NCBI RefSeq assembly: GCF_009834535.1
Contig: NC_045696.1
Coordinates: 46,688,001 to 46,752,000 of the forward strand
Direction of reading: 5' to 3'
Origin: Camelus ferus
Taxonomy: Eukaryota
Length of the DNA: 64,000 bases
A program made the translations under genes and the position numbers. Of this stretch, positions 25,281-36,245 are shown one piece after another (positions within the stretch are counted from its first letter, which is position 1; every line of letters starts with the position of its first letter). The notes under the pieces were generated by a model. That model was not told the DNA's origin. It was given only the letters and a program-made list of their open reading frames with translations, and ran no database searches.

Positions 25281-25734
25281 CTTCGCACTTGCACCAACAC
25301 ACCAAGCTACACGTGGGGTACGAAGAACCATCTGAATTTGCAGAAAATCAAAATAGTGAGAAGACACTTGAAAGCAAATGTGGCTTTTTATGTTTAATTT
25401 TAATATAGTAGTCGTATATTTAACATTTGTGGTATTTTGTCTTATTCTTGATTGAAATTTTCTATCTCTACTCAAGCCTAGAACAGCCTGTTGCTAAGCA
25501 ATTTAACGATGCAAATAAGTACCAGGGTGGGGTTCAGGATCAATGGAAAGTAGTATGTTCAAACTTTTTAGAGAAACAAACTGTATTTACGGATATTATC
25601 TCATTATTGTCTACATGCAAATGTGGGCTATTTGTAAATGATCCACAACCCTTCATTAAGGAAGGACATCTTACTTATCATTCTTGTAGCAATTTCTGTG
25701 CAAAGAAATCCCCGTTTCTTTAAAATTATCCACT

Positions 25735-25980
25735 ATTGATGATAGCTAACATTTCCTGAGTACTTGCTACACACCAGGCATTTTCCTAAGCAAGGAACAC
25801 TTTCTGCAAGCCATTGCATTTCATCTTTGTTCCGTGAGGTAGTTACCACTATTACCCTCCTTCTAAACTGAAGAATATGAGACTTAGCAAGGTTAAGTAA
25901 CTTGCCCAAGGACATACAGTAAAGGGGGGGAGCCCAGTTCAGTTTGACCCCAAAACCCATGTGCTAATTAATTTTGTACT
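25735..25980 (-). mobile_element. MIR SINE
   Basis: 'atagctaacatttcctgagtacttg...aggttaagtaacttgcccaaggacatacag'. Confidence 0.85.
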
Positions 25981-26214
25981 TATCAGAATGATCTTTGAAT
26001 GGCTCCAAACTAGTGGTACAAATCTTTCCTTACGAATGATGGTCAGTCCGTGGTTGGCTCCTAAATGACAATTCCATCTCTTCTTTCTTCTCACTCAGCT
26101 GGTTGTGTTGGCAACCCGTCTTCTGTCACAGGTGATGGGGGTCAAGCTGAATTGCCTGAAGCATGAAAAAGGAAAAGAAGCAATACAGGGAAGAAGAGGG
26201 ACCTGGTGTCTTCT

Positions 26215-26390
26215 CTGCAGCAGCCTCCCTTACTAATTGCATAGCCTGAGGGCATTACCTGTGGTGTTCCTTCTCTGTAAAATTGGAACACTGCCAGTGC
26301 CGCAAGGTTGGGAAGGGGTGGAAATGAAACACTGTAAGCAAAGTACCGAGGTCAGTGCAGACACAGGACAGTATTAGTCAAATATTCCTC
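26215..26390 (+). mobile_element. MIR SINE (degenerate)
   Basis: 'ccttactaattgcatagcctgagggca...ttccttctctgtaaaattgg'. Confidence 0.55.
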
Positions 26391-26587
26391 TTCCTGTTCC
26401 TGTCATTGAGGCATCCTTGTGGGATATCTCCTTTCAAAGTTAGCACCTTGTCTAGGAGATCTTTGAGCACATTTTTGTTATCAACTTTGTGTATAACTGG
26501 GGGAGGATTATAAGATGACTAACGTGAGGCCACCTCTAGGCAAGCAATTCTTCACTTCCTATTTTATTTGTCTTCATAATTCTAATA

Positions 26588-26952
26588 CGGTTGACCCTTG
26601 AACAACATAGGGGTTAGAGGCACTAATCCCCACGCAATGGAAAATCTACGTATAACTTTGACTTCTCTCAAACTTAACTATTAATAGCCTATTGTTGACC
26701 AAAAACCTTACTGATAACATAGTTGATTAACACATATTTTGTATGTTATATGTACATCTATATATATTTTATGCATTCATGTCATACTTGACTTTTTCTT
26801 AATTTATTCAGTATTTCTAGGCTATGGGGTTTGTCTGTGAGTTTGTTCAAATTGCCACAAATCTCCAAAAATTTTTCCAATATATTTATTGAAAAACATT
26901 TGTATGTAAGCAGACTGCATAGTTCAAATGTGCGATGTTCAAGGGTCAACTG
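26588..26952. mobile_element. Tigger2-family non-autonomous DNA transposon (Tc1/mariner-pogo)
   Basis: TIRs CGGTTGACCCTTGAACA / TGTTCAAGGGTCAACTG, with TA at 26586-87 and 26953-54. Confidence 0.92.
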
Positions 26953-27181
26953 TATTTGCTTTGGGAGAAGTCCTCCACTGTAAATATTACCCAATTTCCC
27001 CATTTGGCGTAAATATTTCCTGCACTCTCTCAACAAAGAAATGCCCTGAAAATATACTAAAGAAGTAGAATTCAGGATTCCTTTTCTTCGTCTGGAGTCG
27101 TCTGAAGTGAAAGAACCCTCCTTGAATGGAGGGGCATTTTGCTGCTGTGATAAATTTGTCTTCATGACAAGCTCAAGCCAT

Positions 27182-27200
27182 TGGCCTCCAGGTGGAGCTG
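27182..27200 (+). promoter_or_regulatory. CTCF-like motif
   Basis: TGGCCTCCAGGTGGAGCTG vs consensus TGGCCACCAGGGGGCGCTA; one core position (C>A) deviates. Confidence 0.4.
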
Positions 27201-27544
27201 TGTGAAAGACAGAGAGAAGGGAAAAGAGCAAAAACCAGGTTGGCATCTAGAGATGCAGGTGGCCTGAGAAAGAAACGCAAAGATGGTGAGTGGTCCTTAA
27301 GGGATTTGTGGGGAAGAAAGTGACATGTGAACTGATTCAGCCAATTTAATTCCAAGAATTTGAAGAGCCATTGTGCTCAGCCAGCGCAGGGTGGGATGCA
27401 AGAGAAATGAGACATGATCCTCATGGAGCTGCAAGTCTGGGAGTGGCAGCACAGGAACTTGGAGGAAGAACAGCCAAAGACTCAAACCAGGCAGTGGTTA
27501 AACTGTGGTACAGCTTAGGACATGGCTCTATAGGGGACAGAAAG

Positions 27545-27775
27545 GCTATTAGCATTTTTTGCCTGCTGCTGTATTCCAGGCACTAAATTATATGGGTTAA
27601 ATCAATTATCTCATTTAATTTAATTCTAAAAATAAACCTTTGACATGAGCCCATTTTGATAGTGAGGAAATTGAAGCACAAAGAGATTAAATAACCCATC
27701 CAGGATCCAACAGCAAGCGAACTATAGGATTTCAGTTTAGATCTGTCTGAATACATCACCTAGGCTCTCAGAAAG
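27545..27775 (-). mobile_element. MIR SINE
   Basis: 'cccattttgatagtgaggaaattgaagcacaaagagattaaataac'. Confidence 0.8.
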
Positions 27776-27779
27776 CCTA

Positions 27780-28300
27780 GAGCCCCTTGCTAGCTATGTG
27801 ACTAAGCCCTCCTAACTTTCCTGTGCCTCAGTTTCCCTCTGTGATGAATGGAGATGATAATGCTGTACTAGAATTATTTGGGATAATGCTTTGCCTGCCC
27901 CCGTCTCTCTGGCAATCTGCCCCTCACCTTAACCCCTGATAATTGGGCATCATTGCCCTCTAACCACATGATCCTGTCTCCAAAAAGGTCCGCTCAGACC
28001 GAGTGGGCACCTGACTCAAGGGAGGGGTGGAAGTGGAGAGTGACAGGTCCTGGACACTCAATTTTGTCTGTCCTGAGGCCCGATTGTTCAGTTTCTCCTG
28101 GATTCTAGGACGACTGTGCTACAACCTTACAAAGTTCCCCCAACTCCTATTTATCCCTGTTTTCCTGGGCTGAATTGAGTTTCCGTAACCTGTGACCCAC
28201 AGGTCCCTGACTAGAACAAATCCTTTTCTTGCAGAGTTATTGTGGGGAATCCACGAGATAAGGTAAATTACAAAGGGCAAGATGGATGAAACCATAGCTA
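27780..28300 (+). mobile_element. MIR SINE interrupted by an old MaLR LTR (~27864-28218, MLT1L/M-like)
   Basis: MIR 'tgtgcctcagtttccctctgtgatgaatggagatgataat' resumes as 'cagagttattgtggggaat'; the insert ends 'gagtttccgtaacctgtgacc...ccctgactagaaca'. Confidence 0.6.
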
Positions 28301-29889
28301 TTTATATTAGTGAGTAAAATGGCAATTTGGCCTTTATAATTGAGTCCTGAGATTTTCAGTTTACGGAATACTTCATTATGTCAAAAGGGGGGATTTTTAC
28401 CTTCCTGCCAGGAGGAATCAAAGTGGCCTATAGCCGTGTCAGACTAAAGATGCGCATAGCCCCCGGGTTCTCTATATTCGGGACAGAATGGCTCCGGGCC
28501 GGTCATCTGGGAACCATTTTAAATTAAGTGTCCACTGAAGCCAGACCATCCCCTGCAGAATCTTCCAGAGGGATTCGTAGATAGCCTGACGGAGTAAGCG
28601 GACTGGCTGGCTGGCCACGTGGCTGCCTCTACCTGTGTGAAGGTTCTGAAAGAAGCCTGTAGCTCAACTCCAACGAGTACTTTCACCAGAGACGTCTTAT
28701 TTGGTCTGTTCAATTGCATTAACTGGTCGTGTCACTCACAACGGCCAAAGCAACTGCAAAAGCATATACACAGCCTAACAATACAAAGCGGCATCTTTTA
28801 AAAATAAACTCCACGCTGACCATTTAAAGTCTGGGTGATTCACTGTCACAGATGCATTGCCTTTGGGCCGGCGATTCAGGAGGTCTGAAGAGCTGATCGG
28901 AAACAGCCCGCTTTCTGCTGGTGTCTTATTCTCCACAGGGTTACATTTTCCTTTATTTCTCATGGACCTCAGGGTGTCAAGGTGTCCTTGGTTTCTTGAT
29001 AATTTCAATACCTCTCAGATTAAGGCAAAGCCATTTTAACCCGATTGTCCTCCCCGACGCCCTCTGCATGCACCCCTACATTCTCCTACTTTCTCGGGGT
29101 GGGGGTGGGTCTCAGAACTTGGCTTTCCACACCCCAAGTCAGGCAGCAGAGGAAGCAGTATTTTTTTCAGTGCGCTTCCCCGTGGCTGCTTTATTATTTA
29201 ACTCAGAGCATGTAAATCACCAGTCCGAGGGTGGCTTTTGGGTAAACCTCGTTCTGAATCTCAATTGACTGTGCAGAGACAGTCAGTGTATTTGCCTGCT
29301 ACTTTTACGCATCTCGATTTTCTCAGTGTTTCCCCATTAAGGTCAGTTATGATACTTTAAAATAAAGGGCCATTTGTTGGGATCATTAAGGGTTCTCCTC
29401 TCTCCCCAACAAAGCAGCAGCTCAGGGCTTACTCTCTTTCTGGGAGAGGCTTATGGGAGCGGAACTGTGACGACCTTTAATCCGTGTGATTTCTCAGAAG
29501 AGAATGCTGAAGTTGTGGTTGCTGTCCTTTAATTACCAACATCATCAGAAAAAGGAATCACATCATAATCTCCTGTTGGTGGATTACGTTGTAGGCACCA
29601 CTCAGAAATCTCTGTTTAAAATAGCCTACCCCGTGATGGGTGGCAGAGGGGAGTTGCCCAGTGGCCATCTCTGCATCCTAGAATCTTGGTGGCACAGTCT
29701 CCCCAGACCAGATACCTATCTACAACTCTAGATACCAAGTGGGTTAACCTGGGACTTTATGAATTCAACAATAAATGTTCATCAAGCCTGTGAATGATAA
29801 ATATACACAAATACAAAATGAAAGTGAACACTGAGTATTTACTATATCCCAAGCATTAAGCTATCTTGTTCTCTAAACAACCCCATGAG

Positions 29890-30160
29890 GTAATAATAAC
29901 AGCTAAGATTTATCGAGGTTTCTCTAGGTGCCAAGAATTAATCCAAGTGCCACATGTGTACTAACTTACTTACCTAATCCTCCTAATAGCCACTTGATGT
30001 GGATACAGTTTTTGGACCCATTTTATAAATGAGGAAGTTGAACTGCACAGAGAGGTTAGGTAACTTGTCCAAGGTCACACAGCTGACAAATGGTGAAGCT
30101 GGCATTCAAACCCAGCAGTCTGATTTCAAATCCCATACAATAAACTACAACTATCTCTGC
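29890..30160 (-). mobile_element. MIR SINE, near full length
   Basis: 'aataacagctaagatttatcgagg...cagagaggttaggtaacttgtccaaggtcacacagct...attcaaacccagcagtctga'. Confidence 0.9.
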
Positions 30161-30842
30161 AAAAGATAAATGATGGACCAGTGAAAATGTCTGGTTCCTT
30201 CTGTGGCTAAGGGAATAATTGCTGCTTACGTATGGTCAGAATTTCTCTGCTCTACGATTCTGCTGATCCTTGCTCTGGCCCCAGCACTGTCTCTGCCTCA
30301 GGCAGCCTGTGCTGCAGTGGGGGTGGCCTCTGGTGGGGTCTTGTTCCTACCCAGACAGAGATTTTTCTTCATCTCTGCTAACATAATTCCTTACATTCCC
30401 TGTAGATACAGTCTTTGCCCATTGATTTCTATGGAGATTGGCTCCCCCAGTACCTTTTGCAATATGCCTGTCTCTAACTGCCAAGAAATGCTTCTCTCCA
30501 GGCTTGTTTACGTGGAACCATGGCTCTGTCTGTTCAGACATGCCCTCTGAGCCCCGTCTGGGTTCCTCTCCTTTATTAGCATTCTCTGCCGCATCAAGGC
30601 TGTGAAAAGAGCCATATTTCTCTGTGTTTGCTAGGAAGAAACATTTTGATATTGGGAATTCAGATAAAAAGTAAATGTTTCATTGAGCACCTAGAGGTAC
30701 AATTAACTCTCCCTTAGTCATAATAGCTCAGGAGTGTCCTGATTTGTTTTAAGCATTTCATATCCAGTGTCAAGTAGGTCACCAAAAAAATAGGAGTCCT
30801 GCCTTCTACATTGAGACAGAGTAAAAAGGAATGGACATAACT

Positions 30843-31290
30843 TTTTTTTAAATTTTATTTTTTATTGAAGTGTAGTTGATTTACAATGTTACTTTCAGGT
30901 GTACAGCAAAGTAATTCAGTTATACATAGACATACACATACATTTTTTCTTTTCAGATTCTTTTTCATTATAGCTTATTATAAGAAATTGAATATAGTTC
31001 CCTGTGCTATACAGTAGATCCTTGTTGTTTATCTATTTTTATGTATAGTAATACGTATCTGTTAATCTCAAACTCCTAATTTATCCCTCCCCACCCCTTT
31101 CCCCTTTGGTAACCATGGTTTGTTTTCTATATCAATGAGTCTGTTTTTGGTTTGTAAATAGAATTTGTATCCTTTTTTTAAGGTTTCACATATGAGTGAT
31201 ATGATGTGATATTTGTCTTTCTCTGTCTGATTTACTTCACTTAATATGATAATCCATCCATGTTGCTGCAAATGACATCTCCATTCTTTT
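30843..31290 (-). mobile_element. 5'-truncated cetartiodactyl-type L1 inserted in a MIR
   Basis: 'ttattgaagtgtagttgatttacaatgtt...'; imperfect TSD AAAAGGAATGGACATAACT (30824-30842) / AAAAGGAATGGTCATGAACT (31291-31310). Confidence 0.9.
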
Positions 31291-31850
31291 AAAAGGAATG
31301 GTCATGAACTGTGGAGTCAAGCAAACATTAGTTTGCTTCCCAGCTCTAGCTTTTGGCCACTCACTGAAACTCCCTGCGCTTTCTTCTTCCATGAAACAGA
31401 GATAACAAAACCTCATACAACTTTTTGAGGATCAGAAATGATAATAGATGTGATGTTCCTGGTATAGACTAGGTATGCAATTTTTTTTCCCTCTCATCGA
31501 ATTTCCTGTTCTGCCAATATTTGGCTGTAAAACTCAATCTCTTTGGAACTCAATTTCCTCATTTTTAAAATGAAGTATTAGGAAAGTATTAGACCGCTGA
31601 GGCCTCTTCCAGCTCTACTGTCTCTTGTATCAGTCTTGGGAAATGTGCTAAGTGCTTTCCTTATGTTATCTCATGTGATCCTCATCACAACCCTTTGAGT
31701 TAGGTCCTGCTATAGTTCACATGTTACAGATGAGAAAACTGAGATTCAGGAAGTATGAGTAACTGGTCAGGGTTACTTAACTAGTATTCAGCTGGGGAAT
31801 GAGGATTTGAAGCCAGAGCCTATGCACTGAGTCAGTGCACTGAACTGCAG
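31291..31850. mobile_element. Cluster of MIR/MIR3 fragments (plus strand to ~31620; minus strand 31640-31850)
   Basis: 'aacctcatacaactttttgaggat', 'ctcaatttcctcatttttaaaatg', 'ttacagatgagaaaactgagattcag'. Confidence 0.7.
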
Positions 31851-34059
31851 GGCTCAAGCCACACATCACAGATCCTTGTACAATGGCTTTTCAGCAGTTA
31901 CTCTCAATGCCCTTGACCATGTACCACCTACTCCATGACAGGTGGGATGTGTCCTGCTCAGCAGATTTACTAACAGGGCACAAATCCAGAGAGCTAGGGA
32001 TTTCACTGGAATGACAATGCCTCACACAGCTCATGAGTAGATGACAAGGAGTTCCTGGACTGCTGACCAATTTGGTAGATGGCTTTGCAGCCACCTTACC
32101 AACCTGGGCAGACACTGTGTACAAGTGAGTTTGTACAGACTGAGTTGACTACTGGATGAAATACTTGGCAAGTATGTCTGGGTCACTCTTTGGTGATACC
32201 AGGGCGTCCTTGGCATTCCTACTCCCTTATCTAGTTTCTTGCCTCTAACATGCCACGAGTTCAGAAACCAGCTAACCAAACGTGTTAAAATTGTGCTTTG
32301 AATGAGTACGTGTTCTCTGCAGAAGTCCCTAATCCTCACTAGAAGAAGTGTTAGAGCTTGGAGGTTGTGACATTTTGGTGTCATCGGAGAGAAGGAAAAG
32401 CCGTTCAAAATAATTTGAAGCCTATCAAATGTTTATACTAATTTGCATACATAAATACATAGATGTTTATGTCTGCTACACCCACAATTGGCTCTGCTTA
32501 AATGTTCCGTTCCTTGCTGATCTCAAATACAGACTCAAATAGTAGCCATGCTCAACTTTCCCACATAAATTGCCTAAAACACCAGGTACTGACTCCTGGT
32601 AATTTTATTGGCATTTCTTTCAGGAACCCACATGGGCATTACAATTATCTATTGGTAGGAAGTTGATACCTACTTTTCTGAGCTTTGTTACCTCTTTTTT
32701 CTCCTTCTGCAGATATACTGAGTTATAGCTTAGCAATGGTACAGAGAAACTCACGTACTTAGGTGATTCTAATGTGCTATTTTCTTTAACTTATTAAATA
32801 AAAACTCATCCATCAATAGTATTTCCGATCCAGTTGAATATTTATTTTACTTTAAAATCTTAACCATCACCAGGAAAATTGTTCTGTAAGACCCTGAGTG
32901 GTAGTCAACATCTTTCATCAAAGAAACTCAAAATACTTCCCAAACATTAATTAAACCCCACCACATTGTAACCTAGTTGTATGCTGCATTTTTCTCTTAA
33001 AAAAAAAAAATCAGTGCAAGCGAGCGACAGATGTACATGTCAGAGGAAAATGAAAACTTCTTGAGGAAACAAATTTGAGTTCTCCGGTACCAAGAAGGCA
33101 TCTACTCACCCCTTAATAAAATGATATTCTAGTCCCTGATCACAGTCGCTGCTCCTCTTCTTACGTACAGAGCTGTTGCTCCAATTTCCCTTCTACAAGC
33201 GATAGTCTCTTAGCACAAGCAGAAACATTTGCTTCTTGGTTTTATTGCCATCAGATGTGGTAAGGCTGTGGCCCACAGGGAAATGTTAACAGTTTCTAAA
33301 GTAACAAGGAAGTTGGACACTTTCCTAGTGTCACACCCCGTGCACCTGGTCCACGGGGAGCAGAAAGATTCTAAGCCAAGCTAAAGCCCTTGTAAGTAGC
33401 AGGACCCGTAAAATGAGAGTTAGAGCCTAGGGCTAGCTTGGAGCTTTGAACTGCACCTTGAGGTCATGCAAGGAGCCTAGAGGGTCCGGGCACAGGTCGG
33501 GGCCCAGCTCTCAGACAGACGTGTGCCCCACCCCCTACTCCCATTTCCGCATTGCTGCTCCAGTCCCCACAAGAGAACGCTGAATTGCTAAACTTGGAAC
33601 AGAGAGTGCTTTTCCCAGAAATCCTCTGACTCACCCTTAAAGTAGCAGTGCCACCCTAAAAGCAGGAGTTGGCTGCCAGTTTGCTAGAATTTTTGGCTGG
33701 CCTTGAGCCTGGCTTAATTGCTCCAGTCCTTCTCTCCCTTGACACAACAGATCATGCCTCCTGGCATCTTACAGTTTTCATGCCTACTGGATTCAACATC
33801 TGGGGTATGTCTTCTTCACCAATCATTATTATTTTTTGTATCTAGTTATTTGTATCTAATATTATCACCGTATGAGTATTAGTTGCTGCTGCTGCTGCTG
33901 TTATTATTATTAGTATAATCATCTGTATCCTTGAAACTATAGTCATTCCTTCAACAGTTTTAAAGAACTAAGTACCGTGTATGACAGTAATAAAAATATC
34001 TTTCATTTTAAAAATGCTTTCACTCTCAGGATCTTGTGTCTTGGATCCATTTCTTTATT

Positions 34060-34355
34060 TGCTCATTTATTCACTCATTGAGCCAGGAGACTTCCAGGGT
34101 CTCACTGGGGGCAAAACAATAACTAAAATACAGTTCCTGGTTTCAAGGAGCTGACACGGAAATGAAACGGAGAAGACAGGCGCTGTGCTTGAGCTGGTCC
34201 TCAGATTGTCTTATTTACCAACGAGAAAAAGAGACAGACAAAGCAAAAAAACCTTCTCAAGTTCACACAGCTAGTGACTTGAGGAGTAAAAGCTAAAATG
34301 CAGACCTTCTGGTTATAAAGGCACTGAATTTTTGCCAGTTCTGCCACTCGGTTTC
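34060..34355 (-). mobile_element. L2 fragment followed by MIR fragment
   Basis: 'ctcatttattcactcattgagc...acagttcctggtttcaaggagctgaca'; 'ctcaagttcacacagctagtgac'. Confidence 0.55.
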
Positions 34356-34363
34356 CTTTAGAG

Positions 34364-34553
34364 GAGTGGTTCTCAGAAGCATGGCCCGAAAGACCAGCAG
34401 TATTAGTACCATCTGAGAGCTTGTTAGGAATGCAAATTCTCAGTCTCTGCTCCAGACCTACTGCCTCTGAAATTCTGGAATTGGGGTCCAGAAATCTGTA
34501 TTTTGAAAAGCCCTCTAAGTGATTCTGATGCACACTGAAGTTTTAAAACCGTT
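34364..34553. mobile_element. MER5A hAT-Charlie MITE
   Basis: 'agtggttctca...gaccagcag...cttgttaggaatgcaaattctcag...ccagacctactg...gtgattctgatgcacactgaagttt'. Confidence 0.9.
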
Positions 34554-34561
34554 TCTCTAGA

Positions 34562-34720
34562 TCAATGCTTCTCAAATACCCATGTGCATAGTAATCACCT
34601 GGGAATCTTATTAAAAACGTAGATTTTTGATTCAGGATGTTTGGAAGGAGTTTTTGATGCTGCGTTTCTAACAAGCTCCCTTGCTATGTTTATGCTGCTG
34701 GTCTTTGCTTCAGGAGCTAG
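34562..34720. mobile_element. MER5B-like MITE adjacent to MER5A
   Basis: 'caatgcttctcaaa...aatcacctgggaatcttattaaaa...gcgtttctaacaagctccc...atgctgctggtc'. Confidence 0.75.
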
Positions 34721-35285
34721 AATATGTAGAGAAGTCGCACGAGCAGGAGCACTGGTTAAGCTCAGCTGAGGAGCAGTGCTGGGGTGTCAAGTGAATTCAA
34801 TAAAATAATTCCCTGTCATCTAGGAGCTTGAACACTAGCACAGACAATATGCAGATAGACAGACTTCCAGGGCATAAAAGCCATCAACTAACTAGTGAAT
34901 GGTGTGTGTGCATGCAAGGAGACATCTGCACACCTACACAAAAGAGAGTGGGCAAATATTTAAAGAGACAGTCTTACATAGCAGCACCTCTCTTATCAAG
35001 AGCTCATTTAAAAATACAAATGTTACAACCAAACATCAAGAACCAGACCATAATCAAAAGACCATTTCTCTGAGTAGTCAAAATAAGTATCACCAAGTCC
35101 ATCATTTTTATTGTTAGATTAGTCCTTCAAATCAGTACCTGGGATTAGTTACTTTTATTTTAGACAAAATTCTTACATAGTCACTTTAAAAACAGATTTA
35201 AAAGAGTAAATTTGATAGGCCAGGTCAGGATGCTACAGACAGGCATTTTGACAGTAAAGCAGTGCCAACTGACAAGAGGGGAAAA

Positions 35286-35310
35286 TGTGTGTGTGTGTGT
35301 GTGTGTGTGT
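35286..35310. repeat. (TG)n microsatellite
   Basis: Read directly. Confidence 0.95.
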
Positions 35311-35767
35311 ATACACATACGTATATATAAAACTTAGCAGAGTGGAACCATTTAATACAGGGGAAACACATGGGTAAAACATCAATAAAAGAGCATTGTA
35401 CAGAAAGCAGAATGTAGTCATCACAGAACATGCAGAAAATAATAAAACTACAAAATGTTCAAGCTATCTGGAAAGCATGAAAAACATTTGAGACAGGTTC
35501 CCCCCCAAAACAGTAGGGTTGCTAGATCTAGCAAGTAAAATATTTTATCTGGAAATTCTAAAAAATGGTTAGACAGGAGAGGGCTTGATAATCTCTGGGA
35601 ATTTCACTGATGTGAGTTGCCGGTTTCTCTGAAATGCCCGTCAAGCATTATTGTAAGGGGAGGTCGTAGGGTGATGACTGAAACAGGAGCTGTCGGAGGT
35701 GTGTGCTTGCACAGGGTAAGTCCAAGGCAAATTTGCTCCGGGCCTCTCATTTGGTTAAGAACGTTAT

Positions 35768-36245
35768 GTCTGTCAGGATGGTTTCCAGCTCCCAGTAAGG
35801 AAACCCAGCAAAAGGCAGCTTAGGCAGGAAAGGAGTTGACTGGTCTCACGCCACAAACGATCAGAGTTAGGCTGTCCAAGGTTAGCGTGAGTCAGCAATT
35901 CATCAAGAGTCCAGGTCCCTTTAATCTTGCTGATTCGTCATCCTTAACGTTGTAAAATGGCTGTACTTCCAGACACTAAGTCTAGGTGGCAGGCAAGAAG
36001 GGAAAGGCAAGGTGAAGGTTAAAGGGCCCAGGAGTGTGCCAGCTGAAACTGTCTCTAAGAAAAGTTCCTGCAAATTGTACCCAGTGAACTACTTTTTCAT
36101 CTCCTAGGTCTAAACTTGATCATCTGGGGATTCCTGATTGCTGGGAGTATGGAAAATTGAACATATACACCTTGGATAAATCCAAGGTTAAGGATAAAAG
36201 GTAAGAATCAATGCATATTGGATGGGCAATAAGTAATGTGTGTCT
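35768..36245 (-). mobile_element. Old MaLR LTR (MLT1J-like)
   Basis: 'catcaagagtccaggtccctttaatcttg...aaaatggctg...gcatattggatgggcaa' antisense MLT1J pattern. Confidence 0.65.

Noticed and set aside
30203..30550. Hydrophobic 115-aa ORF resembling a signal peptide
   Set aside because: GTG start, no splice context and no family match; probably chance
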